Source: Fistulifera solaris
Taxonomy: Eukaryota
DNA length: 64,000 nucleotides
Assembly (NCBI GenBank): GCA_030295235.1
Contig: AP026162.1
Span: 2,108,001 to 2,172,000, forward strand
Direction: 5' to 3'
In this document: one piece after another, positions 49,724-60,437 of the stretch
Layout of the letters: each line of letters opens with the position of its first letter
Numbering within the stretch: position 1 is the stretch's first letter
Made by a program: the position numbers and the translations under genes
Notes under the pieces: generated by a model
Seen by the model: only the letters and a program-made list of their open reading frames with translations
The model's database searches: none
Told to the model about the DNA's origin: nothing

Positions 49724-51167
49724 ATGATAGGTGCTCCATGGATTCTGTCGAAGAATTTTCTACGCCGCAACGGGTGGAAGATACTACTGGGCAAGGAAGC
49801 CTGCCTCACAAGGTGCACTCCTCCCAATGCTCATTATCGTTATACCTCAACATGGCAAACAACGCCCCGGAAATCTACTTTAACTCCATCATTAAATGCT
49901 TCCGGACATTCATTTAAAGTGTTGAAATTATCATACAACCGAGGAGAAATTGAAACCTTCAATATGACGACAACTCAACTACTGAAACAAGCTTCTATTC
50001 TCCCCCGCGATCTGTTCACATTGAATATCACCAGTCGACAAGAACGCCGGATGAAAATGCGACCCGAACGATATGTATCGGCTATTGTTCCGAAAGAATC
50101 CGTGGTGTTACTCTCGTTTGGTAGTATTCGCGCCGTCGTGGGTCTCGATCACGTTTTTCTCTTTGATGCGCACAAACCCATGGTGCAAACTTTCGCGCGA
50201 GAAGTGGCTGCCGTCTTTCGATCGGGTAACTTGCACGGCGACCCGCCAGAACTTGTCTTTTTAGAGCAAGTGTTGAACAGTACTGTGGATTCATTCAATC
50301 GTCGATTGCGCTTGTATGAGCCAATTGTCGATTCCTTCCTCGATAAGGTTTCGAACGAAATATATTCGGATACCGGAGTTCATCAACTCGTTCCATTAAA
50401 GGATTCTCTGCAGTCGTTTGAAATTCAAGTCAAACAAAGCATTGATTGTTTGACCGGTTTATTGAACCAAGACGACGAGATGCTGGATTTGCTCTTGACC
50501 GAACAGGAAGAGGCTCGATTTCAAGGATTGACGGTCGAACATACGCGCCACGAACATGTGGAATTACTACTCGGTGTATACGCCAGAGAACTGGACAACA
50601 TATCGGCGGAAATCAGCTATGCGTTGGGACGACTTCAATCGAAACAAGAATTTGTGGCCTTGTCACTGGCTGGTTATCGGAACAGGATGATCCGCATGAA
50701 TGTTCACATAGGCATAGCAGGGTTAACGTTTGGTTTCGGTACTACTGTTGCTGGTTTCTTTGGCATGAATTTAATGAACGGCCTTGAGACTTCTCCGATT
50801 GCTTTCGATTATGTAGTTCTGAGTGCTGTGGGGGTGGAGGACTCATTGCAGTGGGTGCATTGAATTATCTGAGTGGATCGGCTATGCAAAAACGTGCTTC
50901 GAAACGACTGGAAGAAATCGAGACATTGACCAACGCACTGAGTGATCTAGGTGCCATCGACTATTCGATCAAAACGACACTTCGACAAGGACTTTCCGTA
51001 GACCGTCAAACGTTTCGGAAAATGCTGGAGAAGGCACGACCAACCGAGAAGTCACCGAGGCAGAGGTCGACCTAATCTTCAATGTGTTTGACCGAGCCGA
51101 AGACGGTCACATTGACGAGCACGACGTGCCCTCGAATACCAACGCATTACCATCGAATCTGAATTAG
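49724..51167 (+). CDS. MRS2: MRS2/CorA-family Mg2+ transporter with C-terminal EF-hand-like motif
   Basis: ILPRDL, PELVFLE, VELLLGVY, RNRMIR, AGFFGMNL; tail DRAEDGHIDEHD. Shifts near 50833 and 51045. Confidence 0.88.
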
Positions 51168-51888
51168 TTGCCGTAATTTAATTTTTTTACACTAGTGTTG
51201 GGTATTGTTCCAGGCGGGGTTACAAGTTGAAGGAGAGCTTTCGCAGCAGGAATTTCCCATTCCTCGTCATAGAAGACAACCCGAAACCTTCTCTTGGCGT
51301 CCTTTTGATACCAGAACTTAGTACGACCAATCACATCAATTCTTGGCTTCCATGGTAGTCGTTGTAGATTGCCCACCATATTCCATCGTGTTTGCACGTA
51401 TCCTTCCTTTTGTTGAGTTGAATATCCAAAAGTACCGAGCTGCATTCACCCGGAGGCACCAAAGCGTCGACAATCGGTCGTAAGTTTTGAATATTGCGCA
51501 CAAAAACGTCCGTTCCAATGAACGAGAGTGTCGGATCTGTAAAGGTACATTCGTTATCAAAGGCGGTCAAATCGATATCGCCCGTCCATAGATAGTTCTT
51601 TTGAGTATAATCCTCACGAATGCGCCTTAGCAATTCTTCCGGTGATCTCGGTAAGTACTTTTGTAGCGTGTCAGTATTCATGGGTGGTTCGATTCTCGAA
51701 AAAGCGTTCACCAAGTTCGTCAGCGAAGAGACGACACCTTTTGAGGCAACGTTCGAACTATCGTAGCTGGAGGTGTTCTTTTCTTTCAAAGCCGGCTTTT
51801 CGTGCTTGAAGCGAGTTAAAAAGGCATGAACATCGTTGCTGCCGAGCATGTAGACAGTTAAGAATGTTTTCAATAAGTATTTTGTCAT
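51164..51888 (-). CDS. DUF2358 / SnoaL-like protein, possibly plastid-targeted
   Basis: VHA-F targeting motif; YLWTGDID, CTFTDPTLSF, RWNM...LPWKPRI, EEW. A-run shift near 51410. Confidence 0.75.
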
Positions 51889-52059
51889 GTTTAGCTATTT
51901 TTTGAAAGAACATGAAGAGCGTTTGACGAAATGAAAATTTCAACGACAATAAAAGATGTATGCGGCTTTGCATTTATTTTCCTCCTGACACGTCATCACC
52001 GCCACTCTTAATCAAACAGAGCGATCCAACAAAACTAGGTCAAATATTGATTCTGCTAC

Positions 52060-53601
52060 TTAGCTCACTAGATAAGGGCTGGATAGCGTCGCAAAACCAG
52101 AAGCTACACCGCCTTCATCCACATTACTAAACTTGGTGCGCAACAAGAAACCTCCGTATTCATTGTGCACGACGTCTCCGTCACAAGAGGCAACAATCGT
52201 ACCGAAACAGCCCAACTCGGAAATGGAATCCCCAGATCCTTCAATACGACCGGATCGTAGCAAGATGGCTTTCTGTTCGGGAGGGAAGAGACGCTCCATT
52301 AAGATATATTCACCCAGCGATTTGTCTAACTTCATCTTCTTGTCACTGCCCACTTGCACGTTGGCCCTGATCTTCTCCGCTAAGTTATCTCCGTAAAAAT
52401 TATAACCACCGCCTTCACGTTGCGGTTTCAAAACGTATTTTGCTTGTCCACCTTCCAGCACTTTCTGCAAGGCATCCAAATCGGCACCTGTGGCGTCCTC
52501 GCCCAAGCTGTACAACCCAGCAAAAGCTTTTCTCATGCGCAGCGCCATGTCCGCATCATCAATGAAACGTTCCAAAACACCGGGCCGAGCCAACTCTTGT
52601 TGCACTTTCTTCGTTCCCGCCAAGTGATAGCCCAAATTGGGTGATTTGGTCGCACGAGACTTTTCCAGCATGGCTCTCGCTTGCCATTCGACACCATCGT
52701 AGCCATCGGGGTAATCGGTGGGCGCATACCCGGCGCGATAATACACAATCGCAATCTCTCCTTCCGCAATCGAAATCGCACCCGTTTCCTCGTCCACGAT
52801 CAGTTCCGCACGCAGTTGCCGCAAGGATTTGCGGACTACCATGATATTGTAGCGTTCAAAGAGATTGAATTCAAGCATGCGTTGATCGACGGTGTTGCTT
52901 TCACCTTGTTGTACTACAAAAAGTACGATAGCCTGTTTGACACCAAAACGTTCCTCATAGCGTTTCATAGCGACGTTGAATGCTGCCGGCAAACATTCCA
53001 TGGTAGGATTGATGGGGACGGCGTCGTTTTCAGTCGACGACGATGATGCGTCTCCAAGCACTGCACGCTTATTCATGTCCATGAAACTCTGAACAGAACC
53101 CGCAAAGCGTTGACACAAAAACAAATGCAAGGAAGCCACTTTCGAAGATAATCCCGCAAATGATGAAGCGATCGTATTGAGTTCGACTTGTTTGATATTG
53201 TTTCCTTCGTGTAACATGTAATCACTGCGATGAATTCCGAGACGATCGGCTTGGGCCGCGTGTTGGTTCGGTATATCGACGTAAATCTCCCGATACAGCC
53301 GCAACAGTTGAGCTGTATAAGGATCCGCTTCGGACACTCCTCCACCCAGTGTCTTTTGTAAGAAGGCACCATCTCGACTGATGCGATCGACGAGAAGATT
53401 GAAGGACGGCGCCAACGATTGGGCTTGCTCAAAGGCCGCACGCGGATACGCATTGGGCAAGAGCGATATCGGTGCGCATTCGAAATACGAGTATTCGGTA
53501 GTTCCGTCCGTTCGTTTCTTTTCGACTTGCACGCCATTGGCGGAAGCATATGCGTTGGCGGCGGATGCGAGAGAATCGAGGGGCAAATTGAAATCGGCCA
53601 T
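52060..53601 (-). CDS. GSS: Eukaryotic-type glutathione synthetase
   Basis: LGIHRSDYM, KQVELNTIASSF, YYRAGYAPTDY, LAGTKKVQQEL, KPQREGGGYN, SELGCFG, EGGVASGF. Confidence 0.95.
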   Translation of the reverse strand: MADFNLPLDSLASAANAYASANGVQVEKKRTDGTTEYSYFECAPISLLPNAYPRAAFEQAQSLAPSFNLLVDRISRDGAFLQKTLGGGVSEADPYTAQLLRLYREIYVDIPNQHAAQADRLGIHRSDYMLHEGNNIKQVELNTIASSFAGLSSKVASLHLFLCQRFAGSVQSFMDMNKRAVLGDASSSSTENDAVPINPTMECLPAAFNVAMKRYEERFGVKQAIVLFVVQQGESNTVDQRMLEFNLFERYNIMVVRKSLRQLRAELIVDEETGAISIAEGEIAIVYYRAGYAPTDYPDGYDGVEWQARAMLEKSRATKSPNLGYHLAGTKKVQQELARPGVLERFIDDADMALRMRKAFAGLYSLGEDATGADLDALQKVLEGGQAKYVLKPQREGGGYNFYGDNLAEKIRANVQVGSDKKMKLDKSLGEYILMERLFPPEQKAILLRSGRIEGSGDSISELGCFGTIVASCDGDVVHNEYGGFLLRTKFSNVDEGGVASGFATLSSPYLVS

Positions 53602-54024
53602 GAGAGCAGTAGTTGGCTGATGGAGCCGCCCAAGTATACCGATGAAAAAAAGAAAAGTATGTCAAGGAAAAGACTCGGTTAATGCGAAGAAACATACTGT
53701 CCTTTTGGGAAGAACAGCCTAAAAAGATCTTTGTCGTTTGGTTTGTGTTTTTATTACAAACATTCATCGACGCAAATGAAGCGCGGATCGATGTTCTCGG
53801 CGGTTCGACGTTATTCATTCGACGCAACGTAAATTTTAGTGACAAAAAGTTACTATACCACGTTATGTTGGTTATGCAGACCGCTACCAGACTAGCCTTC
53901 ATTATTGTGCCAACTTGCCAAAATGATTCATTGAATTTACACGGTCGAAGTACAATAAGCACTGTTTCCAATACAAGTAGTCAACTCATTTTTAACTTGG
54001 ATGATTACTCTTGTAAATGATTAT

Positions 54025-54665
54025 TTGTCGATGAAAGAATGAGATTAATAAACATTTACTATAGGACCAAAGTGTTGGTTCAAGGGTACCACGACTGCAT
54101 TTCGGTCACGAATCAAAATGCTTCCAAGCAAAAACTGCTACCTAACTTTCATCCATTCTGTCTACTTAGTGAAGATTTTGTTTTTCTTACGGCCCTTTAT
54201 TTTGGCCAGCATATGCTGTACACGTATTGACTCGTAACGTCGATAAAACTTGTGAATCGTTGTCTTCCATATTTACAATAGGCCCAATGTGTTTTTCGTA
54301 TTTCGGCACGACTGCATACTAGTAGTGTCATGAATGAACATTCGTCCGACCCAAACGGCTACCTAACCTGCATCCGTTCTGCCAGCTTGCTAAAGATAAT
54401 TTGCTTTCTTCCACGCAGCGACTCGCTACGTTGATAAACCTTGCAAATCAATGCCTTCTGTATTTACTACTCCGTATAGGCCAACGTGTTGTCCGTTTTT
54501 GGGACGACTGCCTTTTTAGTCATGAATCAATATTCTTTCGAGCCAAACTGCAACTAAACTTTCATCCATTCTGTCAGCTTGTTGATAATGTGTTGTTCTT
54601 ACGGTCTCATTTTAGCAGCATTTGCAATCCATATCTCGATTCGTAGTGTCGATAAAACTTGTGAC
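54025..54665. repeat. Degenerate ~200-217-bp tandem repeat, about 3 units (family A)
   Basis: ATAGG(a/c)C(c/a)A..GTGTT at ~54061, 54279 and 54476; repeated CGACTGC, CATCC(a/g)TTCTG and GT(c/t)GATAAA. Confidence 0.7.
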
Positions 54666-54996
54666 GACTCCTTGCTTTTGAATAAAAATCTTCGAGCCAT
54701 CTGTTTTTATACGGTGCGGTTACGTGAGCACCATTTGCAATACACGCATCGCTTCGTTTCAGCAAAATTTTAATCAGATGGTTGTCTTCGGTATGTATTA
54801 CTCCGTATAACTTATAAGCGTATCCTCAACTTTACCAAGACTGAATTTCAGTCACGAGGAACCGCCATTGATTTTTTTGGGCGCTCATCTTGCACTTATA
54901 TTCTGTTTCGTTTGCTTTTAATGAAGAGTCTGCTTTGTCGCACTTGATCCGCTCCCTCTTTCTTCCATAAGCGAGCACGAAAACGAAAGAATCGTC

Positions 54997-55932
54997 ATGT
55001 CCGACGGTTCATCACTTCTCGTCAACGTGCTCGCATCCGGCATGGCCGGTATCATTGCGCGTATCTTTACGCATCCGCTCGATACCGCCAAAGCACGGTT
55101 ACAAGCAGTTTCTAACACGCAACAACAGTACCAGGGCACCGCGGATGTGTTACGAAAGACCTTGCGGACCGAAGGTATTCGAGGATTCTATCGGGGCTTT
55201 GGGGCTGTTCTGGTCGGCGGAACACCGGGAACGGCGATCTATCTGTGCGGCTATGAAGCCGCGAAAAAGGGGCTGGCGGAACAGTACAGAGGAAACGATT
55301 TTGTAATTCATTTTACCGCGGGCATGATTGCAGAGACGTTGGCTTGTATCATTTATGTGCCGGTGGATGTCGTGAAGGAACGCATGCAAGTGCAGCACAA
55401 AACAGGGGGAGGAGCACTGATGTATCGCAATAGTTGGGATGCCTTGCAAAAGATTGCGGCAACGGAGGGCTTGGCTGGAATTTACAAGGGATACGCAGCA
55501 ACACTGGGATCGTTTGGGCCATTCTCGGCGCTTTATTTCGTCTGTTATGAACGCTTCAAGTACTGGACACGGTTGCATTTGACGCAATCGAACCACAGCG
55601 AGCTGCGCGAACTCGAACACATCGAAGTACCATTTCATTGGCTGTTAGTGTGCAGTTCATCGGCTGGTGCCTTGGCTTCTTGGGTTACGTCGCCTCTCGA
55701 CATGGTTAAACTGCGTTTGCAAGTGCAAAGAGGAATCGATCATTCCAACAGCAATATAGCTGCTACTTACAACGGCGTTTGGGATTGTTGGCAAAAGACG
55801 TATCGAGCTGGAGGGCTAGCCGGCTTGTGGAGAGGCGCGGGTGCTCGCGTACTTTACACAGTTCCAGCCACGACAATAACAATGACGAGTTACGAAACCT
55901 GTCAATCCATTATTGCAAAGGCTTTGTCGTGA
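54997..55932 (+). CDS. Mitochondrial carrier (SLC25) protein
   Basis: Three signature repeats PLDTAKARLQ, PVDVVKERMQ, PLDMVKLRLQ, with GIRGFYRG, GLAGIYKG, GLAGLWRG. Confidence 0.95.
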   Translation: MSDGSSLLVNVLASGMAGIIARIFTHPLDTAKARLQAVSNTQQQYQGTADVLRKTLRTEGIRGFYRGFGAVLVGGTPGTAIYLCGYEAAKKGLAEQYRGNDFVIHFTAGMIAETLACIIYVPVDVVKERMQVQHKTGGGALMYRNSWDALQKIAATEGLAGIYKGYAATLGSFGPFSALYFVCYERFKYWTRLHLTQSNHSELRELEHIEVPFHWLLVCSSSAGALASWVTSPLDMVKLRLQVQRGIDHSNSNIAATYNGVWDCWQKTYRAGGLAGLWRGAGARVLYTVPATTITMTSYETCQSIIAKALS

Positions 55933-56199
55933 ACTTTACACATCTACCCATGACCGGGGACGTATACGCTGGCTCGACGGAGATCTGCCATGACCAGATA
56001 TCAGACTGAACCAGACAACATGATTGAAGCACCGCCACATTCTGAGCCACTTTTTGACAAGCACATCATTTTTGTTCATCAATGAATTGCAAAAACTGCA
56101 GTACGCCATAACTTTGACTTTACAAGCATTTAAAGAGATAAAATCAAAGCTTTTGATTTAATCCAAGAATTATTTTGAATTGATGCTTATGTATTGTTA

Positions 56200-57040
56200 T
56201 TATGATGTTGTAGTTAAAGGAGATTCTCGCATGGTGATTGACACTCTTCGGTCCGATAGCAAGTCTTCGTGCGAGATACCATGCGTAAAATCGTACCGCG
56301 CTGCACCGGTAAGTATCTGCAGCGTTCGACGCTTTAACAAGACCCTCTTTACTGACACTGCCGTGTTACGAGTCGGGGCAACATTCCGGAACGTCATGAC
56401 ACAATCACCGGCTATCGACAGGTTGGCGATCGGCTCCTTCGACAGATCCCAATTATCCACATGAGGTTTTAGCCAGTGCCCTTCGTCTCTCCTATAATCA
56501 ATAGCTTTGGCTTCATTCGGGATACAGCCCATCATCTGCGGGAGGACATTCAACTTCGGAAACAAGATACTTTGCACAAAAATCAGGCAAAGGATTCTCT
56601 GCTGCCGTGACTTTCCTCTCTCGTAGATCACAGTGTACGCCCCATCTTTTTCCTCCGTGAAGCCCGTAAGAGTTTTTACCACCCCATGGTAAGAACTCGT
56701 CTTTCTTGATCACGCTTTCTCCATCCAATTGAGCCATGATTGCTTTTTCTTCCTCCTCGCTTATGAAATTCTCAAAGAGAAATAAACCGGGAATGGGTTC
56801 GCTATAGCGTCGTCCAAGTAATCCATCTTTTTCAATCGACAGCAATCTCTGACTGCTTTTACAATCAGAGACGTGGACCAGGAGTCGTTGCAAGGAGAAT
56901 GAACACTGACAAAAAGGACATGTCGTTTCGAAGTCTCTCTCACTTACTAAGCTGTATTGTGGTTTCTTGAAAAGTAGATCTGACGACATATTCTCCTGAC
57001 GAGACAAATGGAACAACGCTGGGCGCCTTTGCTGTTGCAT
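56200..57040 (-). CDS. UBZ zinc finger + single AlkB-family 2OG-Fe(II) dioxygenase
   Basis: CPFC...HVSDC; PIPGLFLFENFISEEEE; KPHVD; FTHGI; RRVSITMR. T-run shift near 56580. Confidence 0.85.
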
Positions 57041-57471
57041 GCTAAGATATCTTGAACGACGACGTTTTGGGAGTTACCAAGTAGCTTGCTCTGACGACCA
57101 GATGTAAAGAAATGGCACGACGCGCAAAAACAAAGAAGGTGCCTCAAAATTCGAAAACGGCTTCTCATCTTTTTCGAAGGGTCCCGAAACTTGTCTGATT
57201 GGCTGGTCAAATTTCAAAATCTCAAAATACTATTTTTGGCGAGGGTTTGTCCCACTTAAAGAAGGGTCGCATGTTTTGCATTATGGTTTCTCTTTTCTGT
57301 GGCGTAACTTTGAAAAGACAAACTCGCCCATGTCTGAGTTGGCAAGACGTTTCTGTACTATTAAGTTTCCTGGATACACGCAAACGCTTACCCTCTATTA
57401 GTCGATGAGATGGACCTCGCGAAATGTCCGTGTTTATCACTCCTGACAAGTGATCTGCCCAAATAACATCC

Positions 57472-59035
57472 TCATGTAGCATGCCACGGTGTTTCACGCA
57501 TGGTGAGAGACACTCGTCGGTCCGAAAGAAGATCCCTGCTCTCGATCCCATGAGAAAATTCATATCTCGCTTTACCCGTCATCACCTGAAGACACCGACG
57601 TGGTAAGCGCACCTTCTTCTCGTTCACCTCAAGATTTCGACCACGTGCTTCGTTTCGATACGTCATGATACAATCGCCGCACAGAGACAAGTTTGCAATG
57701 GGCTCTTTGTGTCGCTTTCTATCATCGACGTGTGCTTTCAAGTAATCGACTTTTTTCTCTTCGGTAGTCGATTGCGTTGGCGTCGTTGGGCACACAGCCC
57801 TGCATAGATTCAACCCGCTTCAGTTTGGGCAAAATTATGCTCTCCATGAAGGCTGGCATTTCCGTTTTCGGAGACCTGAGAGCTCGACTCCAAAGATCAT
57901 AATCCATACCAAAGCGCTTTTCTCGATGGTGACCCGTGTGATGCTCCGTTTTCCATTTCAAGTGTTGCTCGCAATCAAGTTCTTTTATGATGGCTTCCTC
58001 CTCTTCGACGGAAATAAAATCAAAGTAGACGTAGAGACCTGGGAGCGGCTGAACCGATGGTTCAATCCTGTTGATAGCAGCCGTTGCCGCAATACTTTTT
58101 TGGTTTTTATCATACTGCCACCACCATTTCACTTTTAGATCGTCGTCTTTAATGCACGGTGCTGACATAGTCAGGTTCCTTTCTCTGTCCGTCAAAGGGG
58201 ATTCGCGCATGGTGACAGACACACGTCGGTCTGATAACAAGTCTTCGTGCGCGATACCATGAGAGAAATCGTACCGTGCTTTACCCGTAAGAATCTGCAG
58301 CGTCCTACGCTTCAGCAGAACCCTCTGTACGGATGCAGCTGTGTTACGATTCGGAGCAACATTCCGAAAAGTCATGACACAATCGCCGGCGATCGATAGA
58401 TTGGCGATGGGCTCTTTCGATAATTGCCTGTCATCCACATGAGCGTCCAGCCAATGCCCTTTCTGTCTTCTGTAGTCAATAGCATTTGCCTCGTTCGGTA
58501 CGCAGCCCATCATTTGCGGCAGTTTTTTCAGTTTCTCAACCAGGACGTGTTGCACGAAATGGGGTAGCGGATTCTCGGGGGCACTCACTTTTCTGTCACG
58601 TAAATTGCAGTGAACGCCCCACCGTTTTCCATCATGTGTACCATTGAAATTGCAAGCTTTCCACGGTAAAAATTCGTGTCGATGCATGTCACTTTCGCCG
58701 TCTAATTGGGCCATTATTTCTTGTTCCTCCTCCTCGGTAATGAATTCTTCAAACAGAAAGAGGCCAGGAAGCGGTTCACTGTAGTTTTTCAATTGAATAG
58801 AAAATTCATCACTTCGTCTCGACGTCTCTCTTTGAGTTCCATCGCAGTTGGAAGCGTGGACTTCCAGGCGATGCAACGGCAACGACGTCTGACAGAGAGG
58901 ACATATACCGAAATTACTCCCATTGACGAGCTTTCGTTTCTTGAGCAGCAGCAACGACGACGACGACGACGACGACGACTTGTTATTCTCTTGACATGAC
59001 GGAATAAAAGCTGTAAGTCGACTTTGCTTGGGCAT
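57472..59035 (-). CDS. UBZ zinc finger + two tandem AlkB-family dioxygenase domains
   Basis: CPLC...HASNC; domain 1 with AHVDD/FSHGI/RRVSVTMR; domain 2 with AHVDD/FSHGI/RRVSLTMR. A-run shift near 57752. Confidence 0.85.
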
Positions 59036-59089
59036 GTCGGACTAAGAATTAAGCAACGACTTTTTCTTAAATGTTATTTGATAGCATTC

Positions 59090-59810
59090 ACAATTTCTGG
59101 TTTAATGAACGTTCAAACAAAGCATGCGCGCCATCGGTTGGATCGAAAACAACAGGTCCAGAAATTCTGGACCACCACAGAATTTCTGTATGACCAAAAA
59201 TAACCTTTCCAGATTTTCTGGAATTTGCATTTGTGTTCGTTATGATCCAAACCACAGTTTCCAGAATATCTGGAACGTCCACAACGTTCGGTAGGGTCAA
59301 AACCACCGCACCAAGAGTTTCTGGAACGTGCACAGCATTTCGGTGGGATCGAAAACAACAGGTCCAAAAATTCTGGAACACCACAGAATTTCTGTATGAC
59401 CAAAAATAGCCTTTCCAGATTTTCTGGAATTTGCATTTTCCTTCGTTATGCTCCAAACCACAGTTTCCAGAAATTCTGGAACGTCCACAACATTTCGGTA
59501 GGGTCCAAAACACCGCACTAAGAATGTCTGGAACGTGCACAGCATTTCGGTGGGATCGAAAACAACAGGTCCAGAAATTCTGGACCACCAGAGAACCAAA
59601 AATAACCTTTCCAGATTTTCTGGAGTTTGCGTTTCTGTTCGTTATGATCCAAATAATAGTTTCCAGATTATCTTGAACGTCCACAGCATTGCGGAAGCGC
59701 CCAAAACACCGCACTAAGAGTTTCTGGAATGCGCACAGCATTTCGGTGGGATCGAAAACAACTGTCCACAATATCTGGACAAATAAAGTTTCCAGAGTTT
59801 CTGGAATAGG
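59090..59810. repeat. Tandem array, ~3.5 x ~205 bp, built from palindromic CAGA-N3-TCTG subunits (family B)
   Basis: GATCGAAAACAAC at 59141, 59347, 59554 and 59750; about five TCCAGAAATTCTGGA-like palindromes per unit. Confidence 0.92.
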
Positions 59811-60162
59811 AACTTTCACTCACCCCGATTTTCTGTAGAGCGGAAACGAACTCACGAAAATTGAGTAAGTCTCTTAACCTTTTGCCCTCATAGCTCTAGA
59901 CACTTACTCTTTTAGCTCTAAAGAGACTAAAGAGGTCCTCTCCAGAAACTGATAGAGTAAACATTACGGAGTATCATCAACGGATAAACACGTTTGAAAT
60001 TTATTGCAAAGTTATTTTTTGTCGCTATGTACACATACTCTATAACAGTACATTGTACCAGAAAAATAGCGTCCGTATAAAAGCAAAACACTCGACCCTC
60101 TCGCACAAGAACTTTTCAATGGTTTTGCGAAGCAGCACATGACGAGTAACAAGAGCCAAACA

Positions 60163-60178
60163 ATTACTCCGGGGTAAT
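60163..60178. promoter_or_regulatory. Palindromic TACTCCGGGGTA motif, copy 3
   Basis: ATTACTCCGGGGTAAT about 260 bp upstream of ORF 60438. Confidence 0.45.
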
Positions 60179-60437
60179 AATTTCGAATGAGTTGTTGATG
60201 CGAAACAGAATTACATTTATTTAAAGGGCTCCTACCCCATTGATTCCCTGTCCGGCTGATTGCTCTTTTTCATTGCATGGATTATTAAGCCGAGAGCCGC
60301 AAACTGAAGAATCATCCAGTACCAGTAATTTCACCCTTCGGTCTTCTCCATATCCTACGAAATTCATTCTTCCATGAAAATTCGTTCTCTCGACATTCGT
60401 TAAAAATTGAATACTTTGAAAGAATCCGGCCGTTGTC

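Noticed and set aside
4323..53601. Functional clusters (ChaC + GSS; MTHFS + cyclodeaminase; POLK + AlkB + RAD23)
   Set aside because: The genes are 24-50 kb apart with many unrelated genes between them; chance co-location is sufficient.
11397..55638. Many 100-240-aa antisense or alternative-frame ORFs inside real genes (e.g. 11711-12295, 15581-16264, 22886-23599, 53073-53633)
   Set aside because: They are shadow ORFs of well-supported coding sequences.
59090..59810. CRISPR-like array of palindromic repeats
   Set aside because: The spacers are themselves repeated with a ~205-bp period, the context is eukaryotic, and no cas genes are present.
59088..59819. 243-aa minus-strand ORF and overlapping ORFs with repeated peptides
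   Set aside because: They arise from the tandem array; the same peptides appear in different frames between units, so there is no consistent coding frame.
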